From an uncultured Gemmatimonadales bacterium (lineage in GTDB: Bacteria > Gemmatimonadota > Gemmatimonadetes > Longimicrobiales > RSA9), in NCBI GenBank assembly GCA_963816355.1, contig CAWFKH010000003.1, positions 1,408,001-1,472,000 on the forward strand: a DNA stretch of 64,000 nucleotides, in the 5' to 3' direction. The translations under genes were made by a program, and so were the position numbers. Shown one piece after another: positions 31,454-40,174 of this stretch (positions are counted from its first letter, which is position 1; every line of letters begins with the position of its first letter). Below the pieces are notes generated by a model. It saw only the letters and a program-made list of their open reading frames with translations. It searched no databases and was not told the DNA's origin.

Positions 31454-31786
31454 ATGAACGGAATCGCGAAATCGGACTGGGCTCTCGCGCTGAAGCGGTT
31501 CACGGACCGGAACGCCGGCTACCGTACGGCGCTGGAGATCGACGATCCGGCGCTGGGGGCGCAAGAACAGGAGCAGGGCTTCGAGCTGCGCGGCGTCGCC
31601 TACGACAGCCGCGACGACCGCGTCGAGATCATGCTCGGCCGGCTCGGCACGGTGGAATCGCACCTCACGCACACGATCACGCAGGCGGACGAGCTGGAGA
31701 TCGAGTCCGATGCGGAGGGGCGCGACCGGTCGTTGCGGATCCGGCGCGGAGACGCGCAGACGCTGCTGCGCCTGGTACGGTCGTAG
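31454..31786 (+). CDS. DUF5335-like small protein
   Basis: W...F..RNAG...LEID...LGAQ...LRGVAYDSRDDRVEIMLG...HLTHTI; GGAG SD. Confidence 0.65.
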   Translation: MNGIAKSDWALALKRFTDRNAGYRTALEIDDPALGAQEQEQGFELRGVAYDSRDDRVEIMLGRLGTVESHLTHTITQADELEIESDAEGRDRSLRIRRGDAQTLLRLVRS

Positions 31787-31979
31787 CGTCCGCCGGACGT
31801 AAAGACCGCCGGGCCACCATCGATTGGCGCATTCGCCGCGGCCCGACCGCGGAAGATGCCGCGCGCGACTTGCCCCGCCGCCGGGAGGGGACGAACTTCC
31901 GGCGCGCAGGCGCCGCGGCGTTTCTCATTTCGGCTCCCGGAGGGCGCGCGAGCGACGAGGGGGCCCGTCGGGATGGACG

Positions 31980-32393
31980 ATGCAGGCAACGGGCAGAGAG
32001 GTGCCGGCGAGGATCACGTTGTTCGGATTCCCGGACAGGGAGGCGCGCGTGCACGTGGCCGCACGCTCCGGCGGCTGGCGGGCGGGACACGCGCTGCTCT
32101 GGCTGGGGCTCTGCTGGGCGCTCGTGCCGATCGTCGTCTTCATCCCACCGCACGTGCCGTGGGCGGCCGGGGCGTTCCTCACCGGCATCTACATGGCGCA
32201 CCGCAAGGCGACGGAGGCGTACACCCTGCTCGATCTCCACGGCGAATGCCCGAAGTGCGGCGCGCCCCAGGTGATCGAGAGCGCGGTCAAGCTCAAGCGA
32301 CCTCACCCGCTGACGTGCGAGCGGTGCCATCAGGACCTGCTGCTGCGAACCGACCCCGACCCCGCCTCCGAGGCGGAACGCAGCGCGGCGTGA
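31980..32393 (+). CDS. Membrane protein with C-terminal zinc ribbon
   Basis: Two TMs (IPPHVPW), then CPKC and CERC. Confidence 0.7.
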   Translation: MQATGREVPARITLFGFPDREARVHVAARSGGWRAGHALLWLGLCWALVPIVVFIPPHVPWAAGAFLTGIYMAHRKATEAYTLLDLHGECPKCGAPQVIESAVKLKRPHPLTCERCHQDLLLRTDPDPASEAERSAA

Positions 32394-32426
32394 GTCGCAC
32401 GACGCGCGGATGCGCGTGACGCAGCC

Positions 32427-33056
32427 GTGAACTTCACGCTTCTCGCGTTCAGCTCGCTGCTGGCGATCGTCAATCCGCTGGCATCGGTGCCGCTCTATCT
32501 CGCGCTCACGGCGAGCTACACGGCGCGCCAGCGGCACAGGACGCTGTGGCGCGCGGTCGTGACGGGCACCATCATCCTCATCGCGTTCGCGACCTTCGGG
32601 ACCGGCATTCTCAACTTCTTCGGCGTGACGACGCAGGCGTTCAAGATCGCCGGCGGCATTCTCTTCTTCTTCATCGGCTGGGACATGCTCGAGGCGAAAC
32701 GCTCGCCTCGCGGCAAGGTGACGCCGGAGGAGGAGGTCGAGAGCGCCGCGAAGGAGGACATTGGCATCATTCCCCTCGGGATGCCCGGCCTCGTCGGACC
32801 CGGCGCGATCACGACGGTCATCGCGCTCGCCGGACAGCGCCCCGGCTTCGCCAACATCGGCGCCCTTCTGGCCGCGGTCGTGGCGGTGATGGTCGTGAGC
32901 GGCGTCGTGCTGCTCGGCGCGCCGCTGCTGCTCCGCACCTTCGGTCGCACCGGGCTGAACGTGATGACGCGGCTGATGGGGCTCCTGGTGATGGTGATCG
33001 GCGTTCAGTTCGTCATCGACGGCATCGGCGTCGTGGTGGCGGGGATGCGGACGTAG
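32427..33056 (+). CDS. MarC family membrane protein
   Basis: IVNPL, FKIAGGIL, PLGMPGLVGPGAIT, TRLMGLL. Confidence 0.9.
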   Translation: MNFTLLAFSSLLAIVNPLASVPLYLALTASYTARQRHRTLWRAVVTGTIILIAFATFGTGILNFFGVTTQAFKIAGGILFFFIGWDMLEAKRSPRGKVTPEEEVESAAKEDIGIIPLGMPGLVGPGAITTVIALAGQRPGFANIGALLAAVVAVMVVSGVVLLGAPLLLRTFGRTGLNVMTRLMGLLVMVIGVQFVIDGIGVVVAGMRT

Positions 33057-33082
33057 CGCGAGGAGGCGCCCGGGGGCTGCAA

Positions 33083-33115
33083 GAAAGGGCCGGCCCGCGA
33101 CGGGCCGGCCCTTTC
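33083..33115. terminator. Probable bidirectional terminator between marC and csp
   Basis: 15-bp perfect stem GAAAGGGCCGGCCCG/CGGGCCGGCCCTTTC. Confidence 0.75.
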
Positions 33116-33138
33116 CTGCATGAGGTGTGGCGGTTTTC

Positions 33139-33348
33139 TCAGCCGAGACGCGCCACGTTCGCGGCGGCCGGACCCTTGGGGTTGTCCACGACGTCGAACT
33201 CGACGCGCTCGCCCTCGGCCAGGCTCTTGAAGCCCGTACCCTGGATGGCGGAGTGGTGGACGAAGCAGTCCTTGTCGCCGTTGTCGGGCGTGATGAAGCC
33301 GAAGCCCTTGGCGTCGTTGAACCACTTCACGGTTCCGGTGGTACGCAT
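33139..33348 (-). CDS. Cold-shock protein
   Basis: [28 protein letters not shown]. Confidence 0.96.
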   Translation of the reverse strand: MRTTGTVKWFNDAKGFGFITPDNGDKDCFVHHSAIQGTGFKSLAEGERVEFDVVDNPKGPAAANVARLG

Positions 33349-33460
33349 GCTGGCACTCCCTGGTTCATGGATCGTCGGGGTCCGGCATGTCCCGCACCAA
33401 CCGACTCTTTGGGCGGGCCCCAATGCCCCCCGCCGTGGGCGCATCTCATGATCGGGTCGG

Positions 33461-33504
33461 AAAAAAAAAGAACCTGAGCGGAGCGCCCAGGTTTCGGTCA
33501 CCTG
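33461..33504 (-). terminator. Terminator/antiterminator pair within the csp 5' leader
   Basis: AACCUGGGCG-CUC-CGCUCAGGUU plus C-U9, overlapped by an alternative helix CAGGU-N7-ACCUG. Confidence 0.6.
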
Positions 33505-33554
33505 CACCGGTCTTCTCGGCCAACGTGCCTGCAAAACCGCACCGCTAGCGCGAC

Positions 33555-33583
33555 AGGGTAACATCGTGGCGCGGTTTCGTCAA
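33555..33583 (-). promoter_or_regulatory. sigma70 promoter of csp
   Basis: TTGACG-N17-TACCCT with an extended TG; implies a leader of about 200 nt. Confidence 0.6.
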
Positions 33584-33782
33584 GGAGGGCGCGGTCGGAG
33601 GCAGAGCTTGCTTGACGGCGTCGGGCGGCCGGTTCACGTTGCGGGGCCGGCGATCGGGCGGAGGTCGTCCGTCAGTCCGGGACGGCGGCGGGCGCTTGGC
33701 GGTCCGGCGCGGTGATCCGGTGGCCGCGGTGGCTCGGGTCTGCCTCCCGGAGCTCGAAACACACCCGAAACGACGGAAGACC

Positions 33783-35936
33783 ATGATGAGAAGCTGGCTT
33801 CCTCTGGTGACGCTCGGCGCGGCGGCGGTCGCTCTTCCGGCGCGCGCGCAGCAGCCGATTCGAGGCTTCCCCTCGTCGATGGTGGGCGAAGAGGCGCGGC
33901 GGGAGGAGCAGGCACGCGCGGTTCCGTCCCCCGACACGTTGCGCGAGCAGCTGCGGATTCTGAGCGAGGAGCCGCACGAGGCGGGCACGGCGCGCTCGAA
34001 ACACGTCGCGGAGCTGATCCTGGCGCGGTTCAGGTCGTACGGGCTGGAGGCGAAGATCGAGCCGCTGGAGGCGTTGATGCCACGGCCGGTGAAGCGGGTG
34101 CTGGAGCTGGTCACGCCCGGCAGCTACACCGCGGCGCTGAAGGAGCCGGCGATCGGGGAGGACAAGGACTCGGGGGACGCGAACCAGCTTCCGACGGCCA
34201 ACTTCTACTCGGCGGACGGTGACGTGACGGCGCCGCTGGTGTTCGTGAACTACGGGATCCCGGAGGATTACGAGGTTCTGGACAGCCTGGGCGTGAGCGT
34301 GAAGGGCAAGATCGTGATCGCGAAGTACGGGCATTCATGGCGCGGCATCAAGCCGAAGGTCGCGGCGGAGCACGGGGCGGTGGGCTGCATCATCTATTCG
34401 GATCCGGAGGACGACGGCTACCGGGTGGACGACGTGTACCCGCAGGGGCCGATGCGGCCGTGGCAGGGCGTCCAGCGTGGCAGCGTGATGGACATGCCGA
34501 CCTACCCGGGCGACCCGCTGTCGCCGGGCTTCGCCTCGGAGCCGGGGATGAAGCCGGGCGAGGGGCAGATGCTCGCGATATCGCGGGCGAAGACGATCAT
34601 GAAGATTCCGGTGCTCCCGATCTCGTACGGCGATGCACAACACTTCCTGCAGGTGCTGGGCGGCAAGACGGTGCCGCGGCGGTGGGAGGGCGCGCTGCCG
34701 TTCACGTACCACGTCGGCGGCACGGACAGCGTGCAGGTGCACCTGGCGCTCGCCTTCGACTGGCAGGAACGGCCGCTGTACGACGTGATCGCGACGATCC
34801 CCGGGGCGCGCTCGCCGGACCAGTGGATTATCTACGGCAATCATCACGACGCGTGGGTGAACGGCGCGGAGGACCCGCTGTCGGGACAGGTCGCGCTGGG
34901 CGAGACGGCGCGCGCGCTCGGCACGCTGCTGGCGAGCGGCTGGCGGCCGGCGCGAACGATCGTGCTGGCGGCGTGGGACGGCGAGGAGTGGGGGCTGCTC
35001 GGCTCGACGGAGTGGGCGGAGAAGCACCAGGACGAGCTGAAGCAGAAGGGCGTCGTCTACCTGAACAGCGATACCAACGCGCGCGGTTGGCTGGGCATCT
35101 CGGGCTCGCACTCTCTGCAGGAGTTCGCGCGCCAGCTCGCGCGCGACATCCGCGATCCGGACTCCGGGAAGAGCGCGCTCGATGCGCGTCTGGAGCACAC
35201 GCGCGACTCCGTCTACGCGATCGGCGCGCTCGGGTCTGGATCCGACTATACGGTGTATCTCGATTATCTCGGCCTCGCCTCGCTGAGCGCGTCCTACGGT
35301 GGCAAGCAGCAGGCCGGCATCTACCACTCGATCTACGACAGCTTCGACTTCTACACCCGTTTCCTCGATCCGACGTTCGCCTACGAAGCGACGGAGTCCA
35401 GGACGCTCGCGACCGCACTGCTCCGCCTCGCGGACGCGCCGGTGCTGCCGTTCGAGTTCACGCAGGCGGAGAAGACGTACCGCGACTATGCCGACGAGAT
35501 CGCGAAGGAAGCGGCGAAGAAGCCGACGGTGAACGGGCTGGACCTCGGCGCCGTGTACACGGCGCTCGACCGCCTGAAGGCCGCGGCCACGCGCTACGAG
35601 GCGGTCTACGCGCGCACGGACGACCTCACGCCGCGGGAAGTGGGGCGGCGCTGGAAGGCGATCGCGGCGGCGAACCGGACGCTCTACCTGAGCGAACGGG
35701 CGCTGAGCGACGACGCCGGCCTGCCGAATCGCGACTGGTTCCGCCATCTGATCTACGCGCCCGGCTTCTACACCGGATACGGCGTGAAGACGATGCCGGG
35801 CATCCGGGAGGCGGTCGAGGACCGGCCGGACCTGGCGACGGCCAACGCGCAGGCACGGCGCGTCGCGGCCGCGCTGGACCGCTACGCCGGCGCGGTGGAG
35901 ATGGCGGCGCAGCAGCTCGAGGCGGCGCTCCGGTGA
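33783..35936 (+). CDS. M28 glutamate carboxypeptidase II-like peptidase (PA + TfR dimerisation domains)
   Basis: Signal peptide, GNHHDAW, GAEDP, WDGEE, LGSGSDY, YHSIYD, RHLIYAPG. Confidence 0.92.
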   Translation: MMRSWLPLVTLGAAAVALPARAQQPIRGFPSSMVGEEARREEQARAVPSPDTLREQLRILSEEPHEAGTARSKHVAELILARFRSYGLEAKIEPLEALMPRPVKRVLELVTPGSYTAALKEPAIGEDKDSGDANQLPTANFYSADGDVTAPLVFVNYGIPEDYEVLDSLGVSVKGKIVIAKYGHSWRGIKPKVAAEHGAVGCIIYSDPEDDGYRVDDVYPQGPMRPWQGVQRGSVMDMPTYPGDPLSPGFASEPGMKPGEGQMLAISRAKTIMKIPVLPISYGDAQHFLQVLGGKTVPRRWEGALPFTYHVGGTDSVQVHLALAFDWQERPLYDVIATIPGARSPDQWIIYGNHHDAWVNGAEDPLSGQVALGETARALGTLLASGWRPARTIVLAAWDGEEWGLLGSTEWAEKHQDELKQKGVVYLNSDTNARGWLGISGSHSLQEFARQLARDIRDPDSGKSALDARLEHTRDSVYAIGALGSGSDYTVYLDYLGLASLSASYGGKQQAGIYHSIYDSFDFYTRFLDPTFAYEATESRTLATALLRLADAPVLPFEFTQAEKTYRDYADEIAKEAAKKPTVNGLDLGAVYTALDRLKAAATRYEAVYARTDDLTPREVGRRWKAIAAANRTLYLSERALSDDAGLPNRDWFRHLIYAPGFYTGYGVKTMPGIREAVEDRPDLATANAQARRVAAALDRYAGAVEMAAQQLEAALR

Positions 35937-35946
35937 CACCGTCGGT

Positions 35947-35975
35947 TTGACACGCCGACGGCGCCCCCCTACTCT
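35947..35975 (+). promoter_or_regulatory. sigma70 promoter giving a leaderless transcript
   Basis: TTGACA-N17-TACTCT, ATG 7 nt downstream; the -35 lies within the inverted repeat CCGTCGG-N9-CCGACGG. Confidence 0.72.
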
Positions 35976-35982
35976 CGCGCAC

Positions 35983-36315
35983 ATGCTACGCTCGGTCCGA
36001 AGGACGAAGAGATGGGCGGCGGCGCCGCTGTTGGCGATCCTGATCGTCGCCAGCACCGTCTTCTCCATTCTGGACCGCGGTCTGTTCGGCAGGGGCGCGA
36101 CCATCAGCGACGGCTCCGTCCCGCCACCCTCCGCGGTGGCGCACGACCACGACCTGTGTGTCGTGTTCCACGCCAATCCGGGCCTGCCGCAATCGCCCTC
36201 GCATCTGCGCGAGAGGACGACCGCGGCTGCGAGCGTACCACCCGCAGCACCCTTCACGCCCGCCTTCCGGGAGCGGAACCGCACCTGTCAGTCACGGGCT
36301 CCACCACTGGCCTGA
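35983..36315 (+). CDS. Putative regulatory uORF (DUF2946-like) with C-terminal RAPP arrest motif
   Basis: Basic/hydrophobic N-terminus, HDHDLCVVFH, Pro/Ala spacer, ends SRAPPLA-stop. Confidence 0.75.
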   Translation: MLRSVRRTKRWAAAPLLAILIVASTVFSILDRGLFGRGATISDGSVPPPSAVAHDHDLCVVFHANPGLPQSPSHLRERTTAAASVPPAAPFTPAFRERNRTCQSRAPPLA

Positions 36316-36379
36316 TCCGTCGCATGGCCCCCTTCGCGTCGCGGAGGGGTCAACGAAGGAACAGCCGGAGGAGAAACCC

Positions 36380-37765
36380 GTGCACGTCCTCAGAGGAGGG
36401 CGGCGCCTGCTCGTCGCAGTCGCGATGGCCATCGCGCCGCTGGTAACGCCCGCGCCGGGCGCGGGGCAGCAGCCCGTCCGCGTCGACTCGCTGCGCGATG
36501 AAGTGCGAATCCTGCGAGCCCAGCTCGACACTCTCAGAGCGATGATTCGGGCGATGGCGCCGCGAGCCGTGCCGGCGGCGCCGGAGGCGCCCGGGGCAAC
36601 GCCGGCCGCGCCGGCGGCCGCGGCCGGCGCGGACACATCGAACGCGCTCGCGGCCCTGCGCGCGGCAGCCGCCGCCGCGGCCGGCACGGACACGACGGAG
36701 CTGAAGGCGCCGCAGTCGAACCCGAACGTCGAGTTCGTGGGCCGCCAGCGGAACCTGTCGGTCTTCAACCCGGAGATGAGCGTCACGGGCGATCTCTTCG
36801 CCGTCGTCAACTCCGACGACGCGTCGTCGGACAATTTCGTCCCGCGCGAGTTCGAGCTGGCGTTCCAGTCCAACCTGGATCCGTATTCGCGGGCGAAGAT
36901 CTTCGCCAGTTATCACAACCCGGGGGCTGAGATCCTGCCATTTCCGGAGCCGGGACCGGGCGAGGGAAGCAGCACGGAGGTGGAGGAAGGATACGTCGAA
37001 TGGGTGAACCTGCCGGGAGGCCTCGGCCTCACGGTTGGCAAGTTCCGGCAGCAGTTCGGCGTGCTGAACCGCTGGCATCCGCACGCGCTCCCCGGCCAGA
37101 TGCTCCCCCTTCCCTACCTCGCGTTCTTCGGTGAGGAGGGGCTGGTACAGACCGGTGCATCGGTGCACTGGCTGCTGCCGATCCACGGCTTCGGAACGTA
37201 CGAGGCGTGGGGTCAGCTCACGCGCAGCAGCGACGACGCGCTGTTCGGCGACTCGCACCGCCTGAGCGTCCTCGGCCACTTCAACGCCTTCTTTCCGCTC
37301 TCGCGCGCCAGCTACTTCGAGCTCGGGCTGTCCGCCGTGGGAGGATCGCATCGCGGCGCGCTGCCGGAGGAGGACTACGGTACGACCGTCTACGGTCTCA
37401 ATTTTTCCTTCGATTGGCGACCGCCGAACCGGGCGCTCTATCGGGAGCTGACGGTGCGCGGCGGGGCGCTGGCGGACCGGCGCTCGCTGGACGCGGGCGC
37501 GACGGACGCGTGGGGCGGCTTCGTCATCGGCGAGTACAAGCTGGGGCAGCAGTGGATCGGCGGCGCGCGCTACGAATACACGCAGGACCCGGCGGACCCG
37601 GATCGCCACGCCAGGCTGTTCGCGCCGACACTGACGTGGTGGCAGAGCGAGTTCGTACGGGTGAGGGCGGAGTACGATTTCCTGGACAGGCCGGGAGGCC
37701 GCCTGAACCAGTTCCTCATCCAGACGACGTTCGCGATGGGGCCGCACAAGCACGAGACGTACTGA
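36380..37765 (+). CDS. Outer-membrane beta-barrel protein of a metal-uptake operon
   Basis: GGAGGAG SD + GTG; signal peptide, short coiled coil, amphipathic strands, NRWHPH, C-terminal GPHKHETY. Confidence 0.75.
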   Translation: MHVLRGGRRLLVAVAMAIAPLVTPAPGAGQQPVRVDSLRDEVRILRAQLDTLRAMIRAMAPRAVPAAPEAPGATPAAPAAAAGADTSNALAALRAAAAAAAGTDTTELKAPQSNPNVEFVGRQRNLSVFNPEMSVTGDLFAVVNSDDASSDNFVPREFELAFQSNLDPYSRAKIFASYHNPGAEILPFPEPGPGEGSSTEVEEGYVEWVNLPGGLGLTVGKFRQQFGVLNRWHPHALPGQMLPLPYLAFFGEEGLVQTGASVHWLLPIHGFGTYEAWGQLTRSSDDALFGDSHRLSVLGHFNAFFPLSRASYFELGLSAVGGSHRGALPEEDYGTTVYGLNFSFDWRPPNRALYRELTVRGGALADRRSLDAGATDAWGGFVIGEYKLGQQWIGGARYEYTQDPADPDRHARLFAPTLTWWQSEFVRVRAEYDFLDRPGGRLNQFLIQTTFAMGPHKHETY

Positions 37766-37845
37766 GCGCGCGGCGGCGCGACGGCGCCGCCGAAGAGACG
37801 GGAGCCCGAGAGGCTCCGCGTGGATCGAGCAAAGGAGTGACGGAA

Positions 37846-38967
37846 ATGAGGTTCATCGGAGCATTGATGCTGGCGGGGATCGCCGCTGCGGGCGTTCCGG
37901 GCGCCGCGGCAGCGCGGTCGGCAGGGCCGCCGGCGATCGAGCGCGAAGCGCGCCTTCCGGGCGGCCTCGCCCCCAACGCGGCGGCCGCGGCGCCCGTGAA
38001 GGTGGTGGCGACGCTGCCGGTCTACGCGTCGATCGTGCGCGCGATCGGGGGTGACCAGGTCGACGTCGTATCGATCGCGGATCCGCACGAGGACTCGCAC
38101 TTCGTGCGGCCGAAGCCGAGCTTCGCGGCGAAGCTGAGGCAGGCGGACATGTTCATCACGACGGGGCTCGACCTGGAGCTGTGGGCGCCGCCGCTGCTGG
38201 ACAAGGCAAGCAACGCAAAGGTGTCCGAGGGCGGCGTCGGCTACGTCACGGCGTACACCGGGATCCATCTTCTCGACGTGCCCTCGGCCGCGGACCGCGC
38301 GGCAGGCGACATCCACATCTACGGCAATCCGCACGTCTACACGGATCCACTGAACGCGCTGCAGGTGGCGCGCAACATCACCACCGGACTGAAGCGCGTC
38401 GCACCGGACCGAGCGGCGGTCTGGGAGCGTGGGCTCGCCGCGTTCACGGACGCGGTCTACAAGCGCCTCTTCGGCGATGCGCTGGTGGGACTGCTCGGGG
38501 GCCCCACGCTCGAGAAGCTCTCGCGCTCCGGCAACTTCTACGATTTCCTGGGGAAGACGCCGTATCAGGGCAAGCCGCTGATCGACCGCCTCGGCGGCTG
38601 GCTCGGCACCGCGCAGGCGTTCCGCGGCAAGGACCTCATCTGCTACCACAAGAACTGGGCCTACTTCGAGGACCGTTTCGAGGTGAAGTGCGTGGACTAC
38701 ATCGAGGCGAAGCCGGGGATCCCGCCGACGCCGGGACACGTCGCGGACCTGATCCAGCTGATGAAGAAGCAGGGCATCCAGGTGATGATCGCCGCCACGT
38801 ATTTCGGCCAGCAGAAGGTGGCGACGGTCGCCAACCGCGCGGGCGCGAAGTACGTGATGATGCCCATGGAGCCGGGCGACCAGCCCGGCGAAGGGACCTA
38901 CTTCGACATGGTCGACCGCTGGGTGAACGGTCTGGCCACCGCCTTCCACTCGGTCAGCAGCCAGTAA
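37846..38967 (+). CDS. Cluster A-I (ZnuA/TroA-type) metal-binding protein
   Basis: EDSHFVRPKPS, GLDLELW, GNPHVYTDP, YHKNWAYF, EAKPGIPPTPGH. Confidence 0.88.
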   Translation: MRFIGALMLAGIAAAGVPGAAAARSAGPPAIEREARLPGGLAPNAAAAAPVKVVATLPVYASIVRAIGGDQVDVVSIADPHEDSHFVRPKPSFAAKLRQADMFITTGLDLELWAPPLLDKASNAKVSEGGVGYVTAYTGIHLLDVPSAADRAAGDIHIYGNPHVYTDPLNALQVARNITTGLKRVAPDRAAVWERGLAAFTDAVYKRLFGDALVGLLGGPTLEKLSRSGNFYDFLGKTPYQGKPLIDRLGGWLGTAQAFRGKDLICYHKNWAYFEDRFEVKCVDYIEAKPGIPPTPGHVADLIQLMKKQGIQVMIAATYFGQQKVATVANRAGAKYVMMPMEPGDQPGEGTYFDMVDRWVNGLATAFHSVSSQ

Positions 38968-38985
38968 GGGAAACGAGGAAGACCC

Positions 38986-39843
38986 ATGCTCGACCTGTTC
39001 ATCGTACCGTTCGCCGCGGCGCTCATCATCCTCGCCATGAACGCCTACTTCGGTATCCACGTCATCCGGCGCGGCGTCATCTTCGTCGACCTGGCGTTCG
39101 CGCAGATCGCCGCGGTCGGCAGCACGCTCGCGCTGCTCTTCGGCGCCGAGCCGGGCACGCCGCTCGCCTACCTGTTCGCCTTCGGCTTCACGCTCTTCGG
39201 CGCGCTGCTCTTCAGCTACACGCGCATGGAAAACTCGCGCGTGCCGCAGGAGGCGATCATCGGCATCAGCTACGTGGTCGCGTCCGCCGCCGTGATCCTG
39301 CTCGCGAGCTTCACGGCAGAGGGCGCCGAGCACATCAAGGAGACGCTCACCGGATCGCTGATCTGGGCGACGTGGCCGACGGTCCTCGAGCTGGGCGGCG
39401 TCTACGCCCTCGTCGCCCTCTTCCACTACGTCTTCCGACGGCCGCTTCTCGCAACGACGTTCGGCCCCGACACGGTGCGCAACGTCCGCCTCTGGGACTT
39501 CATCTTCTATCTGACGTTCGGCGTCGCCGTGACGTTCTCCGTCACGCTGGCGGGCGTGCTGATGATCTTCAGCACCCTGGTGATCCCGGCCGTGATCGCG
39601 TTCCTCTACGCGAGCCGCTTCGTGCCCGTGCTCCTGATCGCATGGCTCAGCGGCGCGATCGCGATCGCCGGGGGCCTGGTCGTGTCGTTCGTGTGGGACC
39701 TGACGACCGGGCCGCTGCTCGTCTGCGCGTTCGGCGTCACGCTCGTGCTCGCCGCTGCGCTGCGACCGCTCCTGACGCGCGGCGGCGGGACCGAGCGTCG
39801 TCCGGAAAGCTCGCGTCCACCGGCGGAGTCCGTGGCTTCGTGA
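38986..39843 (+). CDS. ABC-3 (ZnuB-type) metal permease
   Basis: GIHVIRRGVIFVDLAFAQIAAVG, EAIIG, multiple TMs. Confidence 0.85.
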   Translation: MLDLFIVPFAAALIILAMNAYFGIHVIRRGVIFVDLAFAQIAAVGSTLALLFGAEPGTPLAYLFAFGFTLFGALLFSYTRMENSRVPQEAIIGISYVVASAAVILLASFTAEGAEHIKETLTGSLIWATWPTVLELGGVYALVALFHYVFRRPLLATTFGPDTVRNVRLWDFIFYLTFGVAVTFSVTLAGVLMIFSTLVIPAVIAFLYASRFVPVLLIAWLSGAIAIAGGLVVSFVWDLTTGPLLVCAFGVTLVLAAALRPLLTRGGGTERRPESSRPPAESVAS

Positions 39844-40040
39844 CCCGCGCGGTGCCCTGAACGCGGGGGCGACCTCCCGCTTCGGTCGCCCCACAGCCCG
39901 AATGCGCCGGCTGGCGGATTCCTCGAAGGCAGCGCCGATTACGTCCCCGGTCAGAACACATCGACGGATGAGGCGCTGCCCTCGATACCGCCCTTCGGGC
40001 CCGCGACCTGAGCCACGAGCCGCCGGCCCGGACGTATCCC

Positions 40041-40145
40041 TCAGACCCCCGTACCCCAGACCCCCCTCAGACCCCCGTACCCCAGACCCCCCTCAGACCC
40101 CCATACCCCAGACCCCCCGCAGACCCCCTCCCCAGACCCCAGACC
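40041..40145. repeat. 26-nt C-rich tandem repeat (CAGACCCC core)
   Basis: TCAGACCCCCGTACCCCAGACCCCCC at 40041, 40067 and 40093 (one mismatch), then degenerate copies. Confidence 0.85.
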
Positions 40146-40174
40146 GCTCTGCCCGACCGCCCTCCCAAACCCCC

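Noticed and set aside
33349..33550. Known riboswitch (c-di-AMP, c-di-GMP, fluoride) in the csp leader
   Set aside because: No consensus elements recognised by eye; an Rfam scan is needed.
36380..37765. Classical TonB-dependent receptor
   Set aside because: About 460 aa, with no evident plug domain or TonB box.
40041..40145. CRISPR array
   Set aside because: The repeats are directly adjacent with no unique spacers, and there are no cas genes.
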